Source: Lachnospiraceae bacterium
GTDB taxonomy: Bacteria; Bacillota; Clostridia; Lachnospirales; Lachnospiraceae
NCBI GenBank assembly: GCA_045590655.1
Contig: JAZNRI010000070.1
Coordinates: 101,100-165,099, forward strand
Length of the DNA: 64,000 nucleotides
Direction of reading: 5' to 3'
The position numbers and the translations under genes are program-made. Below the pieces are notes generated by a model, which had not been told where the DNA came from, searched no databases, and saw nothing but the letters and a program-made list of their open reading frames with translations. Every line of letters starts with the position of its first letter. Within the stretch, counting starts at the first letter, position 1. Shown piece by piece: positions 10,098 through 20,174 of the stretch.

Positions 10098-11036
10098 ATG
10101 AATAATCTTATTATGTGTGCGTTTGCATTTCCGGAAGGACACGGAAAATCTACGCAGATTGAAAATGTATCAGACGCAAAGAAAATAGATATTTATATGG
10201 AAAATGCATATGTGGCCTTGGCTTCTGCTAAGCTTCATAACCCACATGATACCGTAGTCTTTGTAACGGACAGAGCTTTAGAGGCACATATTAAAAAAAG
10301 GTTTCAAGATGCAGGCATTGAAAATGTTGTTGTTCCCTTTGATTGCTTTTTGATGCCGGATGATTTTATGTGGTCGAGAGCATTTTATAAGTTATGTGCG
10401 TTGTATCATATTGCAAAGGAAAAAGAGTTCAATAATTTACTTTTGCTGGATACGGATACGTATTCCGTGCAGAATTATGAGGAACTATGGCTGGAATGCG
10501 GACAAGGTGTGCTTCTTTACGAAGTGGGACATACCTTTTATCACCGTGACAGGGAAGTGATTTATAAGGATTATAAATGGTTGTACGGCCCAAATCATAA
10601 ACCGATCCATTATGGCGGAGAGTTTGTGGCAGGGAATCGTGACGCCCTGTGTACTTTTATGGAAGAGTGTATACGCGTTTATACAGATATGAAGGAAGCG
10701 CAATTTCAGGGAGAAAAAAATGCAGGAGATGAAACGATTTTATCAATTGCTGCATGCAAAACATCAAATGTGATTCCAGCCAATCCCTATTTATTCCGCT
10801 TTTGGACAGGAGATTTTTATCTGGTATCTACTTTACATGAAGCCAATCCGGTATGTATTTGGCATTTGCCGGCTGAGAAAGATATGGGAATGCGATATAT
10901 GTATCGCTATCATCAAAGAAAGAAATGTTTTCCGGAGAAGAAAAAAGCAGCTAAGATTATGGGATTACCGGAAGCAAGGCGTAAAAGAAGCTTTTTGCAT
11001 TTTTGGATGCGCATCAGAAAGAAGTTTTGGGCTTAA
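10098..11036 (+). CDS. Hypothetical protein, probable divergent GT-A (GT8-like) glycosyltransferase
   Basis: LLLDTDTY (DxD), GGEFVAG, GDETILS and late WHLPAEK occur in the order of GT8 motifs. Confidence 0.45.
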   Translation: MNNLIMCAFAFPEGHGKSTQIENVSDAKKIDIYMENAYVALASAKLHNPHDTVVFVTDRALEAHIKKRFQDAGIENVVVPFDCFLMPDDFMWSRAFYKLCALYHIAKEKEFNNLLLLDTDTYSVQNYEELWLECGQGVLLYEVGHTFYHRDREVIYKDYKWLYGPNHKPIHYGGEFVAGNRDALCTFMEECIRVYTDMKEAQFQGEKNAGDETILSIAACKTSNVIPANPYLFRFWTGDFYLVSTLHEANPVCIWHLPAEKDMGMRYMYRYHQRKKCFPEKKKAAKIMGLPEARRKRSFLHFWMRIRKKFWA

Positions 11037-11059
11037 TACGGTGAAAAGGATTTTAGTTT

Positions 11060-12052
11060 ATGAGCGAGTTGATATCGGTAGTAGTGCCTATTTATAATGT
11101 TGAAAAATATTTGACACGATGTTTGGAAGCCTTATTAAAACAAACATATACAAATTTAGAGATTATTCTTGTAGATGACGGTTCTAATGACGGTAGTTCT
11201 GCAATTTGCGATGAGTATGCCGAAAAAGACTCACGTATAAAAGTAATCCATAAAGAGAATGGTGGGTCCAGTTCTGCCAGAAATGCGGGAATTGAAGCAG
11301 CAACGGGTAAATATATTGGATTTTGCGACAGCGATGATTATCCGGAGCCGGATTTATACGAAAATCTTTATAAAATATTTTTAACTTATGAAGATGTTTA
11401 TATGGCACAATCCATGTCAAGTGATTATCTTGAAGACGGAACTATGGTAAAAGGCCCATACAAGGACAGCGGAGAGGTTAATTTTATTTCGCGGGAAGAG
11501 ATGTTTCGTATGTTGATGTTGCACGTGGGAGACAGCTCTTTTTGCACAAAACTCATTCGTGCTGATTATATGAAGCAATTTCGTTTCCCGGTCGGCCGTC
11601 TGAATGAAGATTTGGAATTGCTTTTGCGTATGAATAACGGTATTCCGGGTGTGTATTCCTGGGAACGAAACGGATACAATATCGAATTGCGGGACGGAAG
11701 TAATTCAAGAAATGTTTTTAGACAGTCTTTTTATGATGCAGTATTGGTAAACAGCAACAAAGCCTTTGAAATTATGGAGGAGCAATATCCGCAATATAGG
11801 GAGGAAACAGAACGTTTCTGTTACTTCCAACGTTTGGATTTTCTTTTACACATTCCCGTAGCGGAAATGAACAAAGAAAATGAAACTTATCAGAGGACAA
11901 TAACGGAGATTAAAAAGTCACGTAAGAAGATTAAAAAGAATCAATACCTTACAAAGAAGGAAAAGCGTAATTTGTTGATTCTGAGTTATGTTCCGAAACT
12001 TAGTAAACGATGCCATGGAATTATTATGAAATTAAAAAAGGGCAGAAGTTAA
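11060..12052 (+). CDS. Glycosyltransferase family 2
   Basis: SVVVPIYNVEKYL, LVDDGSND, NGGSSSARNAG, FCDSDD, NED. Confidence 0.92.
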   Translation: MSELISVVVPIYNVEKYLTRCLEALLKQTYTNLEIILVDDGSNDGSSAICDEYAEKDSRIKVIHKENGGSSSARNAGIEAATGKYIGFCDSDDYPEPDLYENLYKIFLTYEDVYMAQSMSSDYLEDGTMVKGPYKDSGEVNFISREEMFRMLMLHVGDSSFCTKLIRADYMKQFRFPVGRLNEDLELLLRMNNGIPGVYSWERNGYNIELRDGSNSRNVFRQSFYDAVLVNSNKAFEIMEEQYPQYREETERFCYFQRLDFLLHIPVAEMNKENETYQRTITEIKKSRKKIKKNQYLTKKEKRNLLILSYVPKLSKRCHGIIMKLKKGRS

Positions 12053-12084
12053 AATTTTACTTAAAAAGGAATGCTGATATCGAA

Positions 12085-13155
12085 ATGAAAGAACGTATTT
12101 ATATATGCCATACCTATTATCATGTATATATAACCATATTGAAAGAATTGGCAATGTCCAAAGCAGATTATGGTAAGGCAACTTTGATTTTGAGTAAAAT
12201 GTCCAATGATTTCGGTGAATTAAAGTCCAGAGCTGAAGCGGTAGGATTGTTTGAAGAAATTTTGGAGTTAGATGAGAAGAAAGATACTTTTTTTCCGGAG
12301 TTGGAAAAGTATAAAAAAGATAAGGGAAATATCTTGTTTAATATGATTTCCCGTATTCAGTATACCAAGAAGTTCGCAAAACTTCAGGAAAAGTATATTC
12401 ATATTCCGTTCAAAGAATATAAGCAGATTTATGTATATTGTGATGCCGATCCCATTGGATTGTATTTGAATCAAAAACGAATTCGTTATCATGCATTGGA
12501 AGACGGTTTGAATTCTTTGGTGTATATTGATCATGCGCGTTTTGCGAATCAGGGGGCATTCGGCTTGAAGGCTTTTATGTCAAAACAATTGAATTTGATT
12601 TTTGTCCAAAACGGATACGGAAAATATTGTATTGATATGGAAGTAAATGATATTGAATCCATTAAGTACCCATGTAAGTATTATATTGAACAAAGCCGAC
12701 AGGAACTGACAGAACGTTTAACATATGAAGATAAAGAATTACTGTTAAAGGTTTTTGTAAAGGATATAGATGAATTACAAAGTAAGATTGAGGAGTGTAA
12801 AGCGGGAAAGGGCTCTGTGTTGATTTTAACTGATCCCTTGTGTTCTTTGGATGTGAGAGAGCAGATTTTTAGGGATATCATAGATATGTATGAAGCAGAT
12901 TATCGTGTCTTTATCAAACCGCATCCGAGAGATGAACTGGATTATGCATCAGTATTTGCGGAATATGCGCAGTTTGACCCGGCTATGCCTATGGAGATTT
13001 TGAATTTGTTTGAAGATTTTCAATTTGATAAGGCGGTGGGAGTGCTTACGGAAATGAAAGCGGTAAAATTCGCAAAGGAAGCAATTCGGTTGGGACCTGA
13101 TTTTATGGATAAATATGAAGAGCCTGAAATCCACAGGCAGAATGAAAGGATATAA
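12085..13155 (+). CDS. Sialyltransferase-like GT-B enzyme (probable nonulosonate transferase)
   Basis: HALEDG (D/E-D/E-G) and IKPHPRD (HP) motifs of bacterial CMP-nonulosonate transferases. ATG 12085 preferred over the ORF-track start 12010. Confidence 0.65.
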   Translation: MKERIYICHTYYHVYITILKELAMSKADYGKATLILSKMSNDFGELKSRAEAVGLFEEILELDEKKDTFFPELEKYKKDKGNILFNMISRIQYTKKFAKLQEKYIHIPFKEYKQIYVYCDADPIGLYLNQKRIRYHALEDGLNSLVYIDHARFANQGAFGLKAFMSKQLNLIFVQNGYGKYCIDMEVNDIESIKYPCKYYIEQSRQELTERLTYEDKELLLKVFVKDIDELQSKIEECKAGKGSVLILTDPLCSLDVREQIFRDIIDMYEADYRVFIKPHPRDELDYASVFAEYAQFDPAMPMEILNLFEDFQFDKAVGVLTEMKAVKFAKEAIRLGPDFMDKYEEPEIHRQNERI

Positions 13156-13157
13156 CC

Positions 13158-14903
13158 ATGCTTAAAATATGGAAAAAAATGATGGTTTTATTGGATGGAA
13201 AGCAGAAAGCATATATGGTGCTTCTGGTATTTATGATGTTAATCGGTGCCATTTTGGAGGCTGTCAGTGTGGCAATAATCGTTCCGGTTATTACTGTAGT
13301 TGTTACACCTGACCAAATTCATAAAAATGCGATGGTGTCGGCATTGTATAATATTTTACCCGTCGAAGATGATAAGTCATTCGGAATCGCGGTAATGATT
13401 CTGCTAATCCTGGCATTTGTATTAAAAAATATATATATCTATGTTATGCAAAAAGTATTGTACCATTTTGTATATACCAACCAGTTCAGTACATCTGAGC
13501 GTATGATGAGAAATTACATGCTGCGAGGGTATGAGTTCTTTTTGAATGCCGATACTGCAGTAATTCAAAGAAGTATTACATCAGATGTAAATAATATGTA
13601 CGGTTTGATTCTTGCAATGTTACAGCTGATTTCGGAATGTATTGTTTTTGTAGTGCTTGCGGCAGTGCTTGTTATTACGGAACCCTGGATGACAATCATA
13701 ACGGCATCCCTGCTTGGAATTACGCTGTTAGCAATCAAAGCGGTATTAAAGCCGATTATGCGTAAAGCCGGTGAGGACAATCAGGATTATTACAGTAATT
13801 TATTTAAGTGGATTAACCAGACAATTACCGGTATTAAAGAAGTAAAAATCGGTTGCAGAGAAAAGTATTTTATTACAACATATTCTGAGTTTGGAAGAGG
13901 ATATGTAAATGCGGTTCAACGTTATACGCTTTATAACAATATGCCCAGACTCATTATAGAAACCGTGTGTGTTGCGGGCATGGTATCGTATTTCCTCTAT
14001 TTATTTGTAAGCGGACAGGAAATGGATAACTTTTTATCAACGCTTGCAGCATTCGGTGTGGCGCTGGCAAGATTAATGCCCTCAGCAAACCGAATTAATA
14101 ATTATTTGAATAATATTTCGTTTTTTGAACCGTTTTTTATGGGAGTTTCCGATAATTTACAGGAAGAAATCGATGGAAAAAATACGGATATTACCTCCTT
14201 GGAACCGGCAAGTGAGAAGTTGCCGTTTGCAAAGGAAATACAACTTTGTAATGTATCTTATAAGTATCCAAATACGGACAAATGGATATTAAAAGACTTG
14301 AATATGAGCATTCCGGCCGGAAGCGCAATCGGTATTGTTGGTGAAACCGGTTCCGGTAAGTCTACTTTGGTAGATGTTATGCTGGGCTTGCTTGCAATGC
14401 ATGAGGGGCAAATAAAGGTAGACGGTAAAGATATTTTCGAGGCTGACCACTATAAAAAATGGCTCAAGAATATTGGTTATATTCCGCAGACTGTTTTTAT
14501 GATAGATGACAGTATCCGCAAGAATGTGGCTTTTGGTATCCCGGAGGATGAGATTGATGACGAACGCGTGTGGGAGGCACTTAGGGAAGCGCAGTTAGAG
14601 CGGTTTGTGAAAGAACTTCCGGAAGGATTGGATACGGGAATCGGAGAACGCGGAATTCGTTTGTCAGGCGGACAACGACAGCGTATCAGTATTGCGAGAG
14701 CCTTATATGAGGATCCTTCGGTGTTGGTGCTGGATGAGGCAACGGCAGCATTGGATAATGGTACGGAAAAAGCAATTATGGATTCCATCAATCATTTGCA
14801 TGGTAAAAAAACATTGATTATTATTGCACATCGTTTACAGACAATCGAGAAATGTGATGCGGTTTACCGGATTGAAGGAACAAAGGCAGTACGCGAGAGG
14901 TAA
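13158..14903 (+). CDS. ABC exporter half-transporter, PglK/MsbA-like lipid-linked oligosaccharide flippase
   Basis: TM domain plus GETGSGKS, LSGGQRQR, LVLDE, IAHRL; lies amid glycosyltransferases. Confidence 0.85.
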   Translation: MLKIWKKMMVLLDGKQKAYMVLLVFMMLIGAILEAVSVAIIVPVITVVVTPDQIHKNAMVSALYNILPVEDDKSFGIAVMILLILAFVLKNIYIYVMQKVLYHFVYTNQFSTSERMMRNYMLRGYEFFLNADTAVIQRSITSDVNNMYGLILAMLQLISECIVFVVLAAVLVITEPWMTIITASLLGITLLAIKAVLKPIMRKAGEDNQDYYSNLFKWINQTITGIKEVKIGCREKYFITTYSEFGRGYVNAVQRYTLYNNMPRLIIETVCVAGMVSYFLYLFVSGQEMDNFLSTLAAFGVALARLMPSANRINNYLNNISFFEPFFMGVSDNLQEEIDGKNTDITSLEPASEKLPFAKEIQLCNVSYKYPNTDKWILKDLNMSIPAGSAIGIVGETGSGKSTLVDVMLGLLAMHEGQIKVDGKDIFEADHYKKWLKNIGYIPQTVFMIDDSIRKNVAFGIPEDEIDDERVWEALREAQLERFVKELPEGLDTGIGERGIRLSGGQRQRISIARALYEDPSVLVLDEATAALDNGTEKAIMDSINHLHGKKTLIIIAHRLQTIEKCDAVYRIEGTKAVRER

Positions 14904-14906
14904 AAT

Positions 14907-15944
14907 ATGAAATTAAGTGTCATAGTGCCGGTATATAATATGGTGGCGGACGGAAAGCTTGCATTTTGTATGGATTCATTGGTTGCACAAACAATTGATG
15001 ACTACGAAATTATTGCAGTTGATGATAAGTCGACAGACGATTCGTTAGAACTTTTATATCAATATAAAAAACAGTACCCTGAATTGATTAAAGTAATTGC
15101 TTCACCTAACAACAGAAAACAGGGGGGAGCGAAGAATTTGGGGCTTCGTGAAGCAACCGGAGAATGGTTGGGATTTGTAGACAGTGATGACTGGATTGCG
15201 CCTGATTATTATGAGAAGCTGCTGGCTGAAGCGGATAGAACCGGTGCAGATATTGTAGGGTGCAATTACTCTATTAAATATGAACATGATTATGTTGTGG
15301 GGAAGGAAGCCCACAGCAATTTCCCGGAGCAGGCAGGCGTTATGAATGAGGAAAAATATGCGGAAGCAATTTTGACGCCGGGCAGTATGGTTACCAAGAT
15401 CTATAAGCGTTCTATTTTTCATGATAACGGTCTTTGGTTTCCGGAGTATATGTTTTATGAGGATAATTGTACCGGAGTCTTAACAATGCTGTATTGTAAG
15501 GAATTTGCATATGTAAATGAGCCGCTGTATTATTATTATCAGCACAGTACATCTACAGTGCATCATGTCAGCATTGAAAAATGCAACAATCGGTTGCAGA
15601 CGATGGAAATTCTAATGGAAGAGTGTTATAAAAGAGGATTTTTGGAAGAATATCCGGAAGAACTGGAGTATCGTTTTACGGAATTGTTTTATGTAAATAC
15701 TTTATTTACGTATATGATTCTGATGCCGTTTTGGAAAAAAAGAATTTCATACCTGCGTTTGTTACGCGAAGGTATTATGGCATATTTCCCGGAGTATGCA
15801 ACAAATCCGTATTTTGAGGAAAAACAAGATGCCGAGGTAAAGAAACTTACGGCAATGCATTGTAAATCACCTTTTAAGTTTTTTTGGTATTATACTGCAT
15901 TAACCACGTATCGCAAAGTGCGTAAAAAATTAAGAGGATACTAA
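14907..15944 (+). CDS. Glycosyltransferase family 2
   Basis: SVIVPVYN, VDDKSTD, GGAKNLG, FVDSDD, YED. Confidence 0.9.
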   Translation: MKLSVIVPVYNMVADGKLAFCMDSLVAQTIDDYEIIAVDDKSTDDSLELLYQYKKQYPELIKVIASPNNRKQGGAKNLGLREATGEWLGFVDSDDWIAPDYYEKLLAEADRTGADIVGCNYSIKYEHDYVVGKEAHSNFPEQAGVMNEEKYAEAILTPGSMVTKIYKRSIFHDNGLWFPEYMFYEDNCTGVLTMLYCKEFAYVNEPLYYYYQHSTSTVHHVSIEKCNNRLQTMEILMEECYKRGFLEEYPEELEYRFTELFYVNTLFTYMILMPFWKKRISYLRLLREGIMAYFPEYATNPYFEEKQDAEVKKLTAMHCKSPFKFFWYYTALTTYRKVRKKLRGY

Positions 15945-15976
15945 ATTTAGAAATAAAAAGAAAGGAAACGGACGAA

Positions 15977-16903
15977 ATGGAAAAATGTTCGCTTGTAATT
16001 CCTTGTTACAATGAAGAAGAGGCTTTGCCGATTTTTTATGAGGAAACAGAAAAGATAATAGCTACGATGGATTATCTTGAGTTTGAATATGTTTTTGTAA
16101 ATGATGGAAGTTCAGATCGTACTGCACAAGTATTAAAAAACCTGGCAGATAAAGACGCAAAAGTCCATTATGTAATGTTTTCCAGAAACTTTGGAAAAGA
16201 GGCAGCAATGTACGCCGGCATGAAAGAAGCTACCGGTGATTATGTGGTAATTATGGATGCTGATTTGCAGGATCCTCCTGAATTATTGCCGGATATGTAT
16301 AAAGCAGTGACGGAAGAGGAATTTGACTGTGCAGCCACAAGACGGGTAGACCGTAAGGGAGAGCCCGTAATACGTTCATTTTTTGCAAGAATGTTTTATC
16401 GTATTATGAATAAAATGGCTAAAATCGATATGGTGGACGGCGCAAGAGATTATCGTTTTATGAAGCGTGTTATGGTAGATGCAATTCTGTCTATGGAAGA
16501 GTATAACCGTTTTTCAAAAGGTATTTTTGGATGGGTTGGATTTGATACAAAGTGGATTCCTTTTGAGAACCGTCAGCGTGTGGCCGGTAAAACAAAGTGG
16601 AATTTCTTTTCACTGTTTAAGTATTCACTGGAAGGTATGGTGGCCTTTTCTACGGCTCCTTTGGTATGGGCATCTGTCATCGGATTGTTATTCTGCTTCA
16701 TTGCTTTTGTGGCAGTTTGTGTATTGATTATCCGTGCTGTTATTTTTGGAGATCCCGTAGCAGGTTGGCCTTCGCTGGCATGTATGATTACGTTTTTTGC
16801 CGGATTGCAGTTGTTCTGTAGCGGAATTATCGGTATGTATATGGCCAAATCATATCTCGAGATTAAAGGAAGACCAATTTACATTGTAAAAGAGAAGAAG
16901 TAG
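15977..16903 (+). CDS. GtrB/CsbB-like polyprenyl-phosphate glycosyltransferase (GT2 + 2 C-terminal TMs)
   Basis: PCYNEE, NDGSSD, FSRNFGKEAA, MDADLQDPP, C-terminal hydrophobic pair, RPIYIV. Confidence 0.9.
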   Translation: MEKCSLVIPCYNEEEALPIFYEETEKIIATMDYLEFEYVFVNDGSSDRTAQVLKNLADKDAKVHYVMFSRNFGKEAAMYAGMKEATGDYVVIMDADLQDPPELLPDMYKAVTEEEFDCAATRRVDRKGEPVIRSFFARMFYRIMNKMAKIDMVDGARDYRFMKRVMVDAILSMEEYNRFSKGIFGWVGFDTKWIPFENRQRVAGKTKWNFFSLFKYSLEGMVAFSTAPLVWASVIGLLFCFIAFVAVCVLIIRAVIFGDPVAGWPSLACMITFFAGLQLFCSGIIGMYMAKSYLEIKGRPIYIVKEKK

Positions 16904-16938
16904 ATGTAGGGGAATCGAATCCCTAATAGGAGAAAATA

Positions 16939-17631
16939 ATGAATGCTGTAGCTATTATTACCGCCAGAGGCGGAAGTAAAAGAATACCCCGTAAAAATGT
17001 TAAGGAATTTCTTGGTAAACCGATTCTTTTATATTCTATCGAGGCAGCATTAAACAGTGGTATGTTTGAAGAAGTTATGGTGTCTACCGAGGATGAAGAA
17101 ATTGCAGAATTGGCCAGAAAGGCAGGGGCTGTGGTTCCGTTTATGCGAGGCAGTGAAAATGCCAATGACTTTGCCACTACCACGGATGTTTTGCTGGAGG
17201 TAGTAGAAGAATATGAGAAGCGGGGAAAGCACTTTGAGTATGGTTGTTGTATTTATCCTACGGCGCCGTTTGTAACGGCGGAAAAGTTAAGGGAAGGTAT
17301 GGAAAGGTTAGCGGCTTCCGATGCGGATACATTAATGCCTGTAGTGCCGTTTTCTTTTCCGCCGCAACGAGGAATGGTGATTAGGGAAGAAAAATTGCAA
17401 TTTATACAGCCTGAGCATGCTCTGACCCGTTCTCAGGATTTGGAGCACTGGTATCATGATGTGGGACAGTTTTACTGTTTTCGTACGGAGAATTTTAAAA
17501 GAAATAAAATCCTGACAGTAGGAAATGTATTGCCTTTGGTGGTGTCGGAACTGGAAGTGCAGGATATTGATACAATTTCGGATTGGAAAATTGCTGAAAT
17601 GAAGTATGAGGCAATGGTGGAGAAGAAGTAA
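16939..17631 (+). CDS. pseF: Pseudaminic acid cytidylyltransferase (CMP-Pse synthetase)
   Basis: TARGGSKRIPRKN, VSTEDEEIA, RSQDL..YHDVGQFY, QDIDT; pseC, pseI and pseG are also in the window. Confidence 0.8.
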   Translation: MNAVAIITARGGSKRIPRKNVKEFLGKPILLYSIEAALNSGMFEEVMVSTEDEEIAELARKAGAVVPFMRGSENANDFATTTDVLLEVVEEYEKRGKHFEYGCCIYPTAPFVTAEKLREGMERLAASDADTLMPVVPFSFPPQRGMVIREEKLQFIQPEHALTRSQDLEHWYHDVGQFYCFRTENFKRNKILTVGNVLPLVVSELEVQDIDTISDWKIAEMKYEAMVEKK

Positions 17632-19221
17632 ATGGATGCTTTATTTGGCGGCTTGTGGAATCGTATAAAGAAAAAAGAATATATGTATCCTTTTCTTGCA
17701 ACTGCGCTTGTGGGCTTATTTACGCATATGTTTTTGTTTGTAAATAAACTTCCCAATGCGGATGCAATGACCAGCTTTTATTTCGACCAGAATATGGTAA
17801 CATCGGGAAGATGGTTTTTAACGGTTGTGTGCGGCATTTCATCCTACTATGACCTTAACTGGGTGATAGGCGTGTTGTCTATTTTATATTTGGCGATTGC
17901 AGCTGTGCTTATTTCTGAATTTTTTGAAGTGAAAAATCTCTCCGTGAGGGTCGGAATCGGAGCGTTGCTTGCGACGTTTCCTGCGTTGACGGCGACTTTT
18001 GCATATTTGTATACTGCTGACGGATATATGTTAGCATTTTTATTGGCAGTACTGGCTGCGTATCTGACCAAAAAATTTCGTTGGGGTTTTTTGCCCGGAG
18101 CAGTTTGCTTGGCTTGCAGCATTGGGTCGTATCAGGCATATTTGGCCGTAACGGTGTTATTGTGTATGTTTGCGATAATAAATCAATGCTTGAATAATAA
18201 ATCCTTTAAGGAGTTGTGGTCTAAGGCTTGGCGATTTCTTACCATGGGAATCGGCGGCGGTCTGCTTTATTATATTGCGCTTAAAGTGTGCCTTTGGGTT
18301 CAGGGAAAAGAATTGGATACCTATCAGGGTATTGATCAGATGGGGAAAATTTCTTTGCAAACTCTGCCTGGTATGATTTATGATGCAATCTATGATTTTG
18401 CCGTATTTGCATTAAAAGGGAATATCTTTGTAAACAATGGATTTTCTTTGATATGTGTGTTATTATTAACAGTGGTGGCTTGTGCGACTATATTATTATG
18501 CTATATCAAATCAAAAGCTTACAAGAGGTGGTATCAGACACTTCTTCTTTTGGTGTTTGCAGCCCTTTTGCCTTTGGGCACCAATATAATATTCTTTATG
18601 TCATCAGATGTCACATTTCATTTGCTGATGCGTATGCAATGGGTACTGTTTCCTGTTTATGCATTAGTGCTTAGTGAAAAATGGACAGAAGAGTATGTGG
18701 CAAAGGAAAAGACCAATGATAAGCATTTTTATCAAAGAGTAAAAAAATATATGCCAACGGCAGTTTCCTGTGTGGGGCTGCTTGCGGCATTGGGAATTTC
18801 TTATCAGTTTATGCTGATGGACAATATTGCTTATTTTAATATGAATGAGCGATATGAGAAGACTTATGCTTACTGTCTTAGATTGGCAGACCGCATTGAA
18901 CAGACACCGGGATACGAACAGGGAATGCCCATTGCAATGATTGGTGTAGTAGATGAATCCAAGTATCCGGTGACGGATATTACAGGAGATGTCACCTCGC
19001 GTATATCGGGAAGTACGGGAGATATATTGATATATAAAGGAGAGCAGTATGCTGCTTTTATGAAGCACTATTTAAATGTGACAATTAATCCTATTGTGGG
19101 TGACCGGATTATAGAGATATACAATTCGCCGGAATATCGGGAAATGGATAGTTTTCCGGCGGAGGATTCCATTCGTATTGTTGATGGGGTAATGTACATT
19201 AAAACAGAGCCCAAGGAGTAA
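17632..19221 (+). CDS. GtrII-family (GT-C) membrane glycosyltransferase
   Basis: Polytopic; loop-1 PNAD, SGRW, GSYQAY, LLMR; soluble extracellular C-terminal domain. Confidence 0.7.
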   Translation: MDALFGGLWNRIKKKEYMYPFLATALVGLFTHMFLFVNKLPNADAMTSFYFDQNMVTSGRWFLTVVCGISSYYDLNWVIGVLSILYLAIAAVLISEFFEVKNLSVRVGIGALLATFPALTATFAYLYTADGYMLAFLLAVLAAYLTKKFRWGFLPGAVCLACSIGSYQAYLAVTVLLCMFAIINQCLNNKSFKELWSKAWRFLTMGIGGGLLYYIALKVCLWVQGKELDTYQGIDQMGKISLQTLPGMIYDAIYDFAVFALKGNIFVNNGFSLICVLLLTVVACATILLCYIKSKAYKRWYQTLLLLVFAALLPLGTNIIFFMSSDVTFHLLMRMQWVLFPVYALVLSEKWTEEYVAKEKTNDKHFYQRVKKYMPTAVSCVGLLAALGISYQFMLMDNIAYFNMNERYEKTYAYCLRLADRIEQTPGYEQGMPIAMIGVVDESKYPVTDITGDVTSRISGSTGDILIYKGEQYAAFMKHYLNVTINPIVGDRIIEIYNSPEYREMDSFPAEDSIRIVDGVMYIKTEPKE

Positions 19222-19235
19222 ATAAGGAGATTTGA

Positions 19236-20159
19236 ATGAGCTTATTATCCGTTATTATTCCTTCTTATAATGAGGAGGCAAATATCGAAAGAACTGCGCA
19301 AACGATTGGGCAGGTGCTTTCGGATGCACAAATTGAATACGAGTTATTGTTTGTAAGCGATGGTTCTAAAGACAAGACTTATGAGCTAGTATGTGAATTA
19401 TCCCGAAAAGACAGCAGAATTAAGGGACTTCAGTTTAGCAGAAATTTTGGAAAAGAAGCTACAATTTTTGCCGGAATGTCGTTGATTAAGGGTGATTGCT
19501 GTGCGGTAATTGATTGTGATTTGCAACATCCGCCTGAGACTTTGGTTGAAATGTATCGCCTGTGGGAAGAAGGATACGATGTGATTGAAGGTATTAAATC
19601 CAATCGCGGCAAAGAAGGCATTATGCATAAAATGTTTGTCGGAATATTTTATGGTATTATGAGCAGTTTAATGAAGCTTGATATGAATGCTACATCAGAT
19701 TTTAAGTTGATGGATAAAAAAGTGGTTGATGTATTGCTTTCGCTTCCTGAGAAAAATACCTTTTTCCGTGCACTGACTTTTTGGACGGGCTTTAAGTCTA
19801 CTACGGTAACGTTTGACGTGCAGGAACGTGTAGCAGGAAAAAGTAAATGGTCATTTCGGAGTCTTGTGAAATATGCCATTTCCAATACTACCTCATTCAC
19901 AACGGCTCCGTTACAGTTTGTAACGGTTATGGGTGTGTTAATGATTGTGTTTTCACTTGTTTTGGCAGTGCAGACATTGGTACGTTTCTTTATGGGAACG
20001 GCGGTGGAAGGTTTTACTACGGTTATTCTGCTACTGCTTGTTATCGGTGGATGCATTATGTTGAGTCTTGGTATTATAGGACATTATCTGGCTCGCATTT
20101 ATGAGGAAGTAAAAGGAAGGCCGAAATATATTATACGCGATAAGACGGATAATCTTTAA
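19236..20159 (+). CDS. GtrB-like polyprenyl-phosphate glycosyltransferase
   Basis: PSYNEE, DGSKD, FSRNFGKEA, IDCDLQHPP, two C-terminal TMs, RPKYII. Confidence 0.9.
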   Translation: MSLLSVIIPSYNEEANIERTAQTIGQVLSDAQIEYELLFVSDGSKDKTYELVCELSRKDSRIKGLQFSRNFGKEATIFAGMSLIKGDCCAVIDCDLQHPPETLVEMYRLWEEGYDVIEGIKSNRGKEGIMHKMFVGIFYGIMSSLMKLDMNATSDFKLMDKKVVDVLLSLPEKNTFFRALTFWTGFKSTTVTFDVQERVAGKSKWSFRSLVKYAISNTTSFTTAPLQFVTVMGVLMIVFSLVLAVQTLVRFFMGTAVEGFTTVILLLLVIGGCIMLSLGIIGHYLARIYEEVKGRPKYIIRDKTDNL

Positions 20160-20174
20160 GAAGGAGAAATTACG

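Noticed and set aside
16907-16925. Minus-strand AGGGATTCGATTCCCC resembles a tRNA T-arm
   Set aside because: The intergenic gap is only 35 nt, with no D-arm, anticodon arm or acceptor stem.
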